From Lophium mytilinum (lineage: Eukaryota), in NCBI GenBank assembly GCA_010093605.1, contig MU004187.1, positions 2,160,882-2,215,889 on the forward strand: a DNA stretch of 55,008 nucleotides, given 5' to 3'. The stretch's first letter is position 1. The number at the start of each line of letters is the position of its first letter. A program made the translations under genes and the position numbers. A model generated the notes under the pieces. That model did not search any database. It saw only the letters and a program-made list of their open reading frames with translations, and was not told where the DNA came from. Below, piece after piece: positions 1 to 12,002 of this stretch.

Positions 1-1
1 A

Positions 2-319
2 AACGTACACGATGCACCACGGCTCGCACATGCAGTTCTCTGCGATGTAAATGATGTTCAAACCGCATCGAAAACCCTTCCTCAATTTCTTGTCCGCGTG
101 GAGTCCGCACCCGAGAACCGAACCGCCCTTGTTCAGCTTGACCAGCTCATCACCTTGACGGAAGCTGTCTTCACATTTTCAAAGCTAGAGACTCTTGTGA
201 TATCATTAACCATCTCGGTTTTCTCATCTCTGTCTGTTGTTTATACAGGCTCGCTTCAACCCTGCACCCCAAAGCGGCCCAACCCGCGAGCAACAAGCAC
301 AGCCACCCTAAAAGGCTGA
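2..319 (+). pseudogene. Truncated or partial ORF resembling the helical N-terminal domain found on fungal ankyrin/STAND (NLR-like) proteins
   Basis: Frame 2 is open from the window edge: NVHDAPRLAHAVLCDVNDVQTASKTLPQFLVRVESAPENRTALVQLDQLITLTEAVFTFSKLETLV. It resembles, from memory, the DAP..A..VL.EV...QLI.TLTEAVLTFSELE pattern. Similarity fades after ~210 and the frame stops at 319. Confidence 0.4.
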
Positions 320-793
320 CGATCGACAACCGCCATGCTCCTGGTTGCGTCTAGAGACGCAAATTAAGATGGTTTCCGAGGGGTATGAAACAAATCCTTC
401 TCATTCTTTGGGTGGGTTTTGTTTCCTGCTCGTCTACATTCTCGATGTGAGTGCCGCCACACGAGATCGCTGACCGTCAAACAGACATCATGGTCATGAC
501 TCCTTCCGAATCCGGCAACTAGCTCCAGGTCAATGGTATCGATTCTACATCTCCTGATCCTTACAGAAAACCTGTTCGAGGTCTGTCGGTAATGGACAGG
601 TACGGTGCCCATCAGCGCGCCTGGAAAGCTCAGCGGGGACCGTTGCCGCGGCGTATGAAACGCGAATTTGATGTCATTACAGCGAGTTTGGTCGTGGTCA
701 AAGAGTGCAGGATCTTGAAGCTACACTAGCACGCTGACGATCGTTAGGCACCGTAGTTCATTATGGTTCTGTTTTTAGTAAACCGCACCAACA

Positions 794-957
794 GCCAAGC
801 ACCTGCCAAGGACCCGCGCCAACAGCCAAGGACGTCGGATCAACGCCTTGCTAGAAACTGAGCACGGTTTGTTGGTTCTCGTGCCTGAAAGCTGATGTTC
901 GATAGTTGCCGTGACACTGCTCGCTTCCGTATACAGTGAATAGTGATAAGTGCCAAG
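794..957 (+). promoter_or_regulatory. Cluster of four GCCAAG motifs (PacC/Rim101 consensus GCCARG) upstream of the aerolysin-like gene
   Basis: GCCAAG at 794-799, 805-810, 825-830 and 952-957, all on the same strand, about 350-515 bp upstream of ATG 1308. Confidence 0.4.
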
Positions 958-1307
958 CGCTATGAAACGCTTTATATCCCATAAATCTAGGGATACTACG
1001 GAGGATGCTTGTCACGATCTGGCTGGTAGGAGTTCAAGCCTTTGCATTATCCCCATTTGCGATGTTGATCCTGGTGCAACTGAGAAAAGACTCGTCCTGG
1101 ATATCTACAAAGGAGATTATGGGGCCATCGAGTTCAAAGTAGGAGAGAGTTCAAATAAATGAGAACTATTTTTAACTTCAGAAGGGAAGATAAAAAGGGT
1201 TCACTTTACGTCGGTTTTGTTCCTCACAAAGTCGACCTCCTTTCTTATCTTTCTCCCCATCCTTCAGTAGCCATCCGCTCTTTGGCCTCTCCGTAAAGCC
1301 ATTCACC

Positions 1308-2686
1308 ATGTTATTGCTCGCCCCAATTGTACTCGGACTGTCCTTCTTCCGGCCTGTGTCGTCTGCTGAGATAACACCTACCCTCGACGACTGTATAACG
1401 GACGATCTTGGCCTGGCTGTAACCTATCCAATCCTCTTTACCCCGATCACAAACTATTGTGCTATGCAATTTAATCAAGGGCAACTCATTAATCGTCTCG
1501 AAGTTTGGAGCTCTGACCACCATGTCCGTGGCTTTCGAGTACATTACACCAACGGCGATACCACGACAATTGGAACCCAAACGAATGATTACCACGACTT
1601 AATCTGGGATGTCAATCAAGTATCCATACTAAGAGCCATCGGACAACAAGCTGGTGAAGAGTCTGGGCTGTACATCAAATTGACAGATGGGCGGGATTTG
1701 AAGGCAGGAGTTCCATCTAATTGGAAGGACGACAACGCCGGCACGCAGAGTCATGGCGCGCTGATTGGGCTTGGGGCCAAATTTGATGATGACAAGCCTT
1801 GGATTAAAGCGATCACTATCCAAACGCTCAAAGAGACATCCACGAATTCCCGTATCCACGACGTCGTATTTCACCCCTCAGTGGATGAGCTGAATGGTCG
1901 TAGTACCAACGCGTATGCTATCTATTCCGTCCACCAGATGCTCTAACCTTGGGCTGACATGGCACGTTACAGAGATCGAGGACTGGACCCACAAGCTCTC
2001 AAAAACGGCCACTACTTCAACGATCGCGGCACCGATCCCATTACAATCGGGTTTGAAGGACGTGAGATGGTTGAGACTAGTAAATCTTGGACCACAACCA
2101 CCGCCAACGACTTCCATTTAGGCTATAAAACTGAGATAGGGTCTGAAATTGGGGGCATCGCGGCAAAGGTCGATTGGAAGATCGGGTCAGACCTGTTTTG
2201 GGAGCATCATAACGAGACGAGCACTTTGCAGGGCGAGTCAAAGCAGGTCAGTCACATATAGACTGTCAGAACAGTTCGTATAGACCTCTATGCTCACTCA
2301 CTGTCTAGGACTGGCTGGTCTACAACGTCCAAACAGTAGTCAAACCGGGTCAGGCAGTACATGTTTGGGCATGGTCCATAAAGGGGAATATGAAGGTTGA
2401 CTATACTGCCCAGGTCAGTTTCACACTCCTTCTGCGGTGTCTCAACGTCCCAGTATGGCAGGCTGATTTCAAGCAGATGACGGTAACCTGGAGCAATGGC
2501 AAGGAGCTCACCTTCGGCACAGCCGGTACCCTGGACCAAATCAGTTACTCTGACGCGTGGGTGCATGTGGAGGATGAAACGATCGAGGCAGCGCAAGCGG
2601 CAATCAACTCAGGCGATGGGACGAGAATTGATGGAAACGGGGTTGTGATGCGGAAGCGGGCCGTGGAGCGAAGTTTCGTCGCGTAG
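1308..2686 (+). CDS. Secreted protein (~397 aa) with a jacalin-like lectin N-terminal region and an aerolysin/ETX-MTX2-like beta-pore-forming C-terminal region (natterin-like architecture)
   Basis: Signal peptide MLLLAPIVLGLSFFRPVSSA. Exons 1308-1912, 1973-2246, 2309-2413 and 2477-2686 splice in frame through GT..AG introns with CTGAC/CTCAC/CTGAT branch sites. Jacalin-like segment INRLEVWS..VRGFRVHYTNGD. Ser/Thr-rich flanks surround an alternating hairpin (SWTTTTANDFHLGYKTEIGSEIGGIAAKVDWKIGSDLFWEHHNETST), followed by VVKPGQAVHV..GNMKVDYTAQMTVTWSNG. Confidence 0.72.
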
Positions 2687-3620
2687 AGGGAGACTGTGGA
2701 TCAGCAACCTCGACTAGGTCTGCAGTGCCCTTGTGCATTCCGCGCCGTTTCTAAGTTTTCATTGATCAGATAACTTTGTATCATTAGCTTTCATCTCTGA
2801 TAGGCTTGGCCGGAACATCATACGGCAAGTTTTATATATCCCCCTGATCTCATCTGATATTTAGCTCGGGACTGGCAATGCAAGATGCCTGATTCCGTTG
2901 GGGAGAGAGCTCCCCTGGCTCTTCGATTGGCTAAGCCATACTTGACTGTAAAGAGGGGCAATCCAAAAAATTCTCATGAAATATGAACGATTCCCCTACC
3001 AACACCCTACCGTGAAAAGAGAACAGACAAATTTTGAACGATGCTGCACTCGCTATTGTCAACCTGATGGGGTCTTTGAGGGAGCAAAGGAGCGGGAAAC
3101 TTCTGGGATATGGATGATATCGCTAGGGCTCTTGTCGGCGGGCATATAGATCAATTCATCACTTTCAGATCATTTGACAGGCAAGGAGTTAGGGAACGTT
3201 TTCATTAAATTGAGTAGTAGCGTACCGGTACGTAAACACCGAGAGGGCCTCATGAATCTGTGTACGACTATGGCCAATGCACTGATATATGATCTGTAGG
3301 TACAGACACAGCCTGATTCTACGCCGAAACTGTCTCAAGCGCCATAGGTAATGAAGGGTTTAACTTTCTTAAATTTGATAGTATGTTTTAGTGCCGCCAC
3401 TTACGGAGATGTCATGAAAGATAGTGCTTGAACGGAGCAATTTATTCTTGTGGGGGAAGATTGTCTTTGCCTACTTATGATTGCAATCCCCCCAAGGAGC
3501 CTCATCCATCGTTTCTAGAGTTCCGGCGAAGTTCTCCTAGACTCGCTTCAAGGCAATCCTGACACGAGGAAAGGGCTCAGTCCCGACAGAAGAGAGTCAG
3601 GACAAGCCGGAGACGAACGT

Positions 3621-4397
3621 CTAGTCCTCCGTCGTGACGGGGGGCAGTGGCCCTGACTTGGGCCAGTAGAATGAGAAGGCCCCCCACAGAGCCTGCGAAG
3701 TTAGCGCCACTAGCTCAGGAGCAAGCTTCTTAAATTCTGCCCATTGCATTCCCTCTTCAGAATCCGGGTAGTGCTCCAGCCCTGGGAAGCTTTGCATCAC
3801 CCGAGTCTGTAAGAATTTCTCCGTGGTAGCAGCCTGCTCCTCGGTCATGTCGAAGCCGTATTGTGGCTCTTGACGTGGCTCGTGAAGGTCCATGATAAGC
3901 TGTATGCTAACGCCGAGATACAGCTGCGGAGAATGGCGGATCGCAGCAACACCAACATACCAGGGGCAGAAGGGACTATAGACGAACGTGGAGGAGGTGA
4001 CGTGTTCTTCGGCCTCCTTGACCACCTTGATGCCCAGCTTCTTCAGAAATGCCTTGTCTATGCGCTCGAAGGCTGGATCGGAGGCGTAGATCTTGATTTG
4101 GCGGCCGCCCTGTGCCGTGGACAGAATGTCTACAATATCAAGAAAGATAGTCAGCTGGGTCAGTCGCTGCTTACGCCGTCGCCTATATTCGTTCTCGTCG
4201 TCGTCGTAGTCAAGGAGGGGCGTCATATTTCCCAGGCCGACGACGACTGCGCGATCGATGTTCCACACAGAGCGGACGAGAAGGAGTCCTCTAAGCTGAT
4301 TCGAGAAAGGCGACTTGAGCCATTCTTCTTTGAATACGGCCAGCTCTCCAAGAAGAGTTGATAGAGGGACTTGCTTAGGCGCGATACGCTGATCCAT
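3621..4397 (-). CDS. SRR1-like domain protein, paralog A (258 aa)
   Basis: Intronless ORF with RAVVVGLG..QLTIFLDIVDIL..IYASDPAFERIDKAFLKKLGIKVV..TFVYSPFCP, typical of fungal SRR1-domain proteins. Confidence 0.75.
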   Translation of the reverse strand: MDQRIAPKQVPLSTLLGELAVFKEEWLKSPFSNQLRGLLLVRSVWNIDRAVVVGLGNMTPLLDYDDDENEYRRRRKQRLTQLTIFLDIVDILSTAQGGRQIKIYASDPAFERIDKAFLKKLGIKVVKEAEEHVTSSTFVYSPFCPWYVGVAAIRHSPQLYLGVSIQLIMDLHEPRQEPQYGFDMTEEQAATTEKFLQTRVMQSFPGLEHYPDSEEGMQWAEFKKLAPELVALTSQALWGAFSFYWPKSGPLPPVTTED

Positions 4398-4607
4398 GCC
4401 GTAGTGGTTGGCGTTTCTTTTGAGAGTCGAGATTGTGGTGGTTTGAGAAGGGGGGTGGGCTATTTTCAGTTTTCTGATTGTTCTACTGAGACTGACATCA
4501 AGGGGCGCTTTATGTGACAGGGGATGGTCATCATTGTTAGTGAATGACGGTGGTCAGAGGGAATTGTGGAGGGATGAGGTGGTTGAAGTGAAAGTAACCT
4601 AAGCAAA

Positions 4608-5396
4608 CTATTTAGAGTGAATATCTTCCTCTTTTGCCGGATGTGGTGCGGGCTTCGGCCAGTAGAGGCGGAATGGCCCTCGGAGCGCCCTATACGTCAC
4701 GCTGAGTATTTCAGCGTCACTTTGCCACTCTTTAAGCCGGTCCCTTTTTGTATGTTTCGGGACAGGTTCCGGGAATTTCTCGAGTCCGGGAAATATGTTT
4801 TCCACACGCTCATTAGAAAAGGCCTCACAAACAGCATACTCTTCCATAGTCATGATTGCTTTACTCGGATCCTGTGGATCATAGCATCGCCCTACGCACC
4901 AGCTCCAGCTAAGGCCGACATATAGCTCCGGCGAGCGACGAATGGCTCGGTGGCCAACTGGGCAAGGAGCGAAAGGGCTATAAACGAACGTTTTCTCTGT
5001 GACGAGATCCACCCCCTCGTCTACAACGGTGACACCGAGATGCTCAAGCAGCTCTTTGTCGAGCTCATCGAAATCTGGATCAGACGCAAACATCTTGATG
5101 CTGCGGCCATCTTGCGCAGAGGAGAGGATATTGACAATCTCCTGGAATATCATGGTCTGACATAGAATGTTTCGACGGAACTTGCGGTATTCTTCATCAG
5201 TTTTCTGGTCGAGCTGAGGAGGAGTCATGCGGCCGAGACCGATCACTAAAGCCCGATCAACGGTCCATTTTTCGGAGCGGGATAGAAGTAGCGAGCGAAG
5301 TTGCTCCGAGAAGACCGAGGCACGCCAGCTCGCCGTGTACGTGTCCAATTCTGAGGCCATGGCGTTGACTGAAACGGTGCGAGAAGGGTTTGCCAT
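4608..5396 (-). CDS. SRR1-like domain protein, paralog B (~262 aa from ATG 5396)
   Basis: RALVIGLG..QTMIFQEIVNIL..MFASDPDFDELDKELLEHLGVTVV..TFVYSPFAP..LYWPK, colinear with paralog A. ATG 5396 was chosen because it aligns with paralog A's start and shares upstream CCACTAC context. Confidence 0.75.
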   Translation of the reverse strand: MANPSRTVSVNAMASELDTYTASWRASVFSEQLRSLLLSRSEKWTVDRALVIGLGRMTPPQLDQKTDEEYRKFRRNILCQTMIFQEIVNILSSAQDGRSIKMFASDPDFDELDKELLEHLGVTVVDEGVDLVTEKTFVYSPFAPCPVGHRAIRRSPELYVGLSWSWCVGRCYDPQDPSKAIMTMEEYAVCEAFSNERVENIFPGLEKFPEPVPKHTKRDRLKEWQSDAEILSVTYRALRGPFRLYWPKPAPHPAKEEDIHSK

Positions 5397-6413
5397 GTTG
5401 TAGTGGCCGTTGTTGACCGAATGCTGTGTGGGCGTTGCAGTGGGCGTTGCAGCGAACGCGCACGTAATGTGCGAGTGTGGGTGGTTGCAGTTGGAGCGAG
5501 GCGTTGTGGTTGTTCTATAAACATTTAGCAAGAGATATCAGAGGGCGCTGTAGGCGTAGGCATTTACCAATAGCGAATGATGGCAGTTATGAAGGTCTCA
5601 CGGAATAAGGAGCTGTGGGCGGTTTACGCGATGTATTGGATGATTATGATGTAGGAGAGAAAGAGAGGTCTGGAGGAAGGTGAGGCTATATACGGGAGGT
5701 GACGGACACCTGCCGTAGCCTTCGCCGCTACTTCCTGACAAAGAGGGTCTATGTCAAGTAAAACGCGCATGGACTCTCAAAGGCCATATTTATGCAGTAC
5801 TAGGCCATAAGTTTGGGCACATGAACTCATTTCTGCCTGGCTCCAACATGCCCACTCGGCACCACTGTTCGGGATACCCTGGCTGCTGAGCAGCAAATCA
5901 GTCAAGAGATAGTCCACTTTGCAACGCTTGAACCTCGACATTACCATTGGATCTTGAAATCCTGCATGGGGGCTCTCAGCAGTGTCGATCCAGTGTGCCC
6001 AAACTTGTGGCCTGTCACTGTACTGCGAGTGCTATAATGGATACGTAATCAAGGAAGTTGATCACAAGCACAGATGAATACGGGGAGTATGATAACTTTG
6101 GGGGGTGAACAGAATGACATAGCAGTGTGAGAAAGATGTGCCCCTGGCAATACCTAGTAGGCTACAAGAAATACTCCCGAGTGATCCAGTGGCGACCGTG
6201 TCTTACTGTGTTTCTGTTGTGCACAACTTCCTTTCAAGAAAGAACTGTTGGTTGATTGCACAAACAAATTAAAGGACGATGGAGGGTCGGAGACACTCCC
6301 GATTTGGCTCAAGCCGCGGAATAGAGCCATGGAATGTCAACTACCGCCAAACCCTGGATTTGTCCTGGATTGTTTGACACCACAGTCTCAAGTTGCCAAC
6401 GTGCAAACCGCCA

Positions 6414-7895
6414 TCATTCCTTTCGAAAAAGGGTCTTGGCGGTCTTCTTCATCGCTCTTATGACTTTCTTATGTAAGGGCTTCTTCCCGCGCATCGGCGG
6501 CATCGCTTGCGCTTCTAGATCCACGTTGGCTCCAATCTCGAGATTAGGCTCTTCATTGAGTAAGGTTAGCGACGCCAAAGGTGAGCGAGCTTGCCACCTG
6601 TCCACGAAATAGCCTAAGCCATTCTCATTGGAAGGTTCATGGGTCCGAGGCTCGTTCGTATGGTTGCTGAACCGAGAGGAAGCACCGTGGCTAGAGCTTG
6701 AGTAAGAGATAGAGCGAAAGCTGGAGGGAAAGCTAGAATCATAGTTGACAGCAACGCTATCGCGAGCGCTGGAAAATCTGCTCCGAATGAAGGGCACAGA
6801 ATCGCCCGACGTTATAGTCCCTGAAATGGAGGGATAGCGGCCGTCCCTGAGATTGATGAATCCTCGAACACGATGCAAGCTTCGGAAATCTACGGTCGAG
6901 TTGGTGGGCGAAGACGCGAGTTTCTGGAGTCCGTCCGTAATGACGCTGCTCTGGTTGAGCTTGGTGTTGGTATCAAGCGTCCGCTTTTCGAAGGTGATTG
7001 GCTCTAAATCATCGGATCGAAGTCGCCGGAATCCCTTGAAAAGCTTGCGAGTTGACCTCGGGCTCATATTGGGGATTTGGGGTATCTTCTCGTAGAAAGA
7101 ATGATCCTCGTCGCGATGAGGAGAAGGGACCACGCTCTGTGGGCGAGAGGGCCTGATCTCAATACCATGCTCCAGCGAATCAATGAAGCGTCCTGGTAAT
7201 CCTGAGAGCACGGACTCTGCCGAGGGGCTCCACGATGAAGATGATGTTGACAGTGTTTCTACTATTGACCTACGCAGCTGGCCTAGGGCGCCGAAATCAG
7301 AAGCAGTGGGCATCGTAGGTCTCAGATGAGAATAACCTGGGAAGATCCACGTCCAGTGACCAAAAACATCGGCGAAATTTTCTTGAATTTGGTCGTATAT
7401 GTTTTTGGTATCGTTCATAGACACCGCCACAGAGAACGTCAAACCCTTACCAAACCTGTCTCCAAGGCTAGCTTGTGCCTCCACGTCGCAAGCTTCTGGT
7501 GGCAGCATTCCGCCGCGAAAGCGATCAACCTGCTCTTTTTGCAGCGAAGCTTTTGGGTCAGCGAGATTAGCGGTGCGAGGCCAACGAGCAGAACTAAGTT
7601 GCTGGCATTGGGCCGGCAAACGGGGTAGCTTAGTTTGCATGATACTCCTCAGATAGGGTTGAGTTGGACGAGAATCCTCGGGCCAAGACCCAAATCCTCC
7701 GATTTGAACATTGTCGGCTGGAGGAGCTGAACGTGTTCGCTCGTAAGGGAAGTAGTGGCGCCCAAGATCTTGAGGTGGATAGTCGCCATGCTGCCATTCG
7801 CCATCTTTCCAATGAAGCTCGCCGGTTGGAGTGCGGAGAATGATCGTATCATTCTCATAGTACTGCCAGACAAGCCACCACCAGGGTAGGGACAT
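6414..7895 (-). CDS. Hypothetical protein (493 aa), Ser/Pro/Arg-rich with Trp-rich N-terminus and basic C-terminus
   Basis: Uninterrupted 1.48-kb ORF from an ATG. No family recognised. Confidence 0.65.
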   Translation of the reverse strand: MSLPWWWLVWQYYENDTIILRTPTGELHWKDGEWQHGDYPPQDLGRHYFPYERTRSAPPADNVQIGGFGSWPEDSRPTQPYLRSIMQTKLPRLPAQCQQLSSARWPRTANLADPKASLQKEQVDRFRGGMLPPEACDVEAQASLGDRFGKGLTFSVAVSMNDTKNIYDQIQENFADVFGHWTWIFPGYSHLRPTMPTASDFGALGQLRRSIVETLSTSSSSWSPSAESVLSGLPGRFIDSLEHGIEIRPSRPQSVVPSPHRDEDHSFYEKIPQIPNMSPRSTRKLFKGFRRLRSDDLEPITFEKRTLDTNTKLNQSSVITDGLQKLASSPTNSTVDFRSLHRVRGFINLRDGRYPSISGTITSGDSVPFIRSRFSSARDSVAVNYDSSFPSSFRSISYSSSSHGASSRFSNHTNEPRTHEPSNENGLGYFVDRWQARSPLASLTLLNEEPNLEIGANVDLEAQAMPPMRGKKPLHKKVIRAMKKTAKTLFRKE

Positions 7896-8510
7896 GACAG
7901 GAGTGTTGATCGTGCTGCTGAGATTTGCTATGTTGAGCCGTACGATGCGATTGCTGATACCCTAGTGCTGAGTGTTGTTGGAATGTCTGCAGGTGAGAAG
8001 CTGGAATTTGACTTTCCAGTTGGGGAAGCTGTGGTAGGGAGCAGAAGTGTCCGGTGGGAGCTATTAGCGATCTTATATCTCTCGAGACGCCATTGTGCAA
8101 TGCTGAACATGAACAAGTGAATATGGCGAAAGCGGTTGAGACAATGAACATTGTAAAGGCCTGTTAGCGAATCTAGAGATGAACTTTGTGTAGCAAAATG
8201 GCGAATGAATGGAGAAAGAACTTGGCGATTGAGGACCAGGAAGGTGACTGATTGCTGTGTTCAGGATATTTCGAAATAACTGATATCTCACATTCGAGAT
8301 CGTGTGTCCACACTATACTGTCAGTCTGGTAGTCATCTGCATGCTATCCATGCTTTCGAGACCGAGGAAAGCAGTTCGGCTTGGCCGCCTTCAGTATCAT
8401 TTACTATATGTGGTTCGGGATCAGGAAACATCACCATCGCAGGTCTTCCAGAGGACTAAAGTGCAGATCTTGAGATCTTATTACTGTTATACAGGGAGGC
8501 CCTTCACTCA

Positions 8511-11500
8511 TCACGAAGCAGCCTCAGTTCCGTTCGTCGCGTCGATCTTCTCTGGCGAGGACCTGCCACCGATCTCACCGGTCTCGGAAGGGGCCGGCGG
8601 TGGGGCAGGACTTTCTGTCGTCTTCTCGTTGACCATGCGGATAAGGTAGGGCCCTGTGTCTCCAGCCCCATCGATTTGACTGAGCATCGAGTCGAACAAT
8701 TGGGCGTCGCGGAGGAGTCTGCATATGAACAAAGTCAGCAGGTGTGTATAATTGAAGCGAATGAACGAAGCGACAGGAGCAATTCATACCTCGATTTACC
8801 GGCCGCCGTCTTGACCACTGCAGCGGAAAATGCCTTCCCAACTTGCTCCCGGTAGCTTACAAACACCGGCAACATGATCATGCGAACCGACATATCCGAT
8901 AAGATCCTGCTGATGACTTTGTGAAGCGTGAGGGTGTCTTTCGTCAAAGTTTCCATGTTGGGGCTGACTTGTCGTGTAGTGTCCTCGTCCCAATTGATTT
9001 TCTTCAGATTCTTTACATGGACAGCAGCCCTGTTGCTCATTATGTCAATGAGCTTGTCATGAATGCTGACTTGCTGATCTTGTAGTAATCTTTTAACGTT
9101 ATCGAATTCAGCGATAGACGCTCTAGAACTGGGTGAATGCCGCCGTGCGAATTCTCTGACGTATGGTAGAATCGCAATAATAAAGCTCAAGGCTTGGGAA
9201 GCAGTTGCAAGATGTCGAGTGTTGATATTTTCGAGGCCCGCGCTGTGTATTGCGCCAGCTCCAAGGATCTGTTGGCATAGTCGAGAGTTGAATAGTTTGA
9301 GATAATCGCAGATCAGTACAGAGACTTCCGCGGTCATACTGGGTATTGCGGAGATGAGATTCTCGAACCTGTCAACACCCTTTAGAGCCGCCACCGCTGA
9401 TGCGCTGACAACGTATCGTTCTTCGTCTATGGTTGCATGGCTCGGACCTTGTGATTTCTCTTTGGAATTTCCATTAGTTTCTAGGGCCGCGGTGCCATTG
9501 ATTGCAGGATCAATGTCTTCCCAAACCATCGAACTCTTTGACCATATTGCGGGATCGCTAGTCATTCCTTGAAGTATTCGCAACAAGACGTCATTGTTTG
9601 CATCCCCGAAGTCTTTTGCCTTCCATCGATCTGAGTCCATGACTTGGTTAAGTCGCTGCTTTTCAGTCTCTCCCATCAGAGACACAAATTGGCCAATGTG
9701 ATCATTGACAACACCTTTCAATGCTGCACCCGACCGACCAGATACAGCCTCACACTCGTCTGCAAACAACCTGTTCAGACTGAAATAACGCAGGAACCTA
9801 GGAAGCTCCAAATGAGTAGTCCCCTCAGATCTCACCCTCAGGATCTTCGTTATCTGAGTTTGAGCAGCATCCACAGCTTGACCCAAGAGGCTAGACATAT
9901 CCAGAGCTTGCATTAGCTCTTCCTGAAGATCGCTGGACTCTAGGATTGGCCCCCGCGCATTCATATATCCATCAATGCTTCCAAGATTAGGGGTTCTGGG
10001 AGGTGAGCGAGTACCACCTGCCGATGGCGGAGGTGTTCCGACACCGCTTGTGACGTCGAGAAGCACTTTTACTTGAATACTGAGTCGACGCAATGCCTCT
10101 CCAACGTCTGAATAGATTTGGACAAATAGCTCTTCCGCATCGGCGGAATCTAGAGCTCGGAGGTTCCGAGACAAGATGGACGATTTATCTTGCTGGCTGT
10201 GCATGCGACTGCTCCGGGTCGACACTGAAGTGACGGATTCCGCGTCGTCGTCTGTCGCGCTCGGGAGGTGGTGTCGAATAAGGACTTTCATTTCCCTGAC
10301 AATGGCGTCCCTAAAAGCTGCCGCTGCCTTGATTGTGTAGTTAGATGCGCTGAGACCTATCAGATTTGCCCGCAAATCTGAGCGGAAAGTCTCATTCGTT
10401 TTCATGTATGCTGGTAGTATAGACTGCATTCTGTTGTGGTTGCCTCGAGATCTTTGGGAAGCAGATGCCCAGCGTTGGAGAGTGTCCTTGTGTGGTACGC
10501 TCTGAACGTGTTGGCGAAGGTCAACTAGCAATGTCTCTAAAAATCTAGCCTCGAATCCTTTACCGATGCGGGATTTTAGTTGCTGTATTCCTTCTGCCAG
10601 TCCATCGAAAGCCTTAAGACTACGCAGATCTACGAGCCTACTCGGTAAATGTGGCTGGAGCCATAATACTGTAGAGGGATCTGTGATGTTCAGATCTCCT
10701 GATATAAGCTTTTCCAAGGCATCTATCCGGCTTATAGCTGTCTCGAGTTCGCCTCTGTCAATCAGCTCCTCGCAGTGGGAGAAACCTTGCATGACGCTCT
10801 GTAGCTGATCGGTCGCATCTGTAAGCTTCCGAAGATTCTCTCGCCTTCGCTTCATATCTATGATCTTTAAGCCTCCTACGGCCATCTGGCGATCCAGATT
10901 GCTCAGATCCTCTCTTAGCGACTTTATCTTCGCAACCGATTCGGCGGCCTCGGATTGCAATTCTCGGAGGGAACCCAGAGCAGCAAAGAAGGAAGTAGAC
11001 GCGGTGGAAATAGAGGAGATAAGGTGAACCTCGACAGTGTCCATATACCATGAGAGTTTCTCCTGTAGAATAGCATTGCTTGCTAGAGCCTTCCTGCCAG
11101 TAGGCTGCGGACTTTCCAATCTACCGTTTGCTCCATTTGTGTCGTTATCACTTTTGGGTTGTGGTTGTCGAATCACCTCGGAACGCTCGCTGACAATGTC
11201 AAATGTACGTGGGTTTTCAAGGTGGAAGTTGTCATCGAAATAGACGTTCGGTATTGTTGATAACGGTGTCACGGCGTTGAGGTTTCGCCTAGAAACGCCT
11301 CCGCTTGAACGTCGCCTTGGCTGTGGTGAGCCCCCAGGAGACAAAGTTGCCATGGAAGGCCTGGTAAGTGGTGAAGTGACTGCATGGTCCCTTTGTAACC
11401 CTTTCTCCAGTATCTCGTCAAACTCCTCTTTCTTATCCGAATCCCTCTTAAATATCTGGGAAGAACTGCTATCTGTTTCTGCCTTTGCCCTCTGGAAAGC

Positions 11501-12002
11501 GTCGTATAGCGAGCCTACTTGAGACAAATACGAGTTGAACGCGGTGGAATCGATGTGGGGTATATTCGTAAGGGTGACGGGAGGTATGTCCTTCGTAGAA
11601 GGGGGTTTGTGCCCTGAGGCGCCAGAAGCTGCGGTATGCGGCTGCATCCCCGTGCGGACAATCGGTGGTTGAAGTAGGGTCGAGATTGCTGCGCATCTCA
11701 GATTAGCTACGTGACCACGGGTCCATGTACAACTCCCAGCGCATACCATTTTGTCCAACCTCTTTCACTGAGCCCATCCTGCTTTGCGACGATGTATCCA
11801 GAGCACCACCGACCGAGTTCAGAGAGTGAATCGAGTGTATAGAGCTCGCCGTCGACCCCCGGCGCCCACGGCTGGGGTTGTATCGTCCGGTGGAATTTGG
11901 TCTCTCATGTTGAGGGAAGGGGTACTGATTGCGTTGCGAGTTCGGAGACTGGAGGGATTCGAAGCTATCAACAGATCTCCTGGACGGCGAAGGAGACGAC
12001 AT
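8511..12002 (-). CDS. VPS54: GARP complex subunit Vps54
   Basis: Exons 12002-11747, 11688-8790 and 8718-8511 (introns 11746-11689 GTATGC..GCTAAT..CAG and 8789-8719 GTATGA..GCTGAC..CAG). Conserved motifs NAISTLLQPPIVRTG, FHLENPRTFDIVSE, LQEKLSWYMDTVEVHLISSISTASTSFFAAL, LFNSRLCQQILGAGAIHSAGLENINTRHLA. Confidence 0.95.

Noticed and set aside
8735..11758. The 1007-aa ORF as the literal Vps54 protein
   Set aside because: Its ends read through introns. The spliced model 12002-8511 gives the conserved termini.
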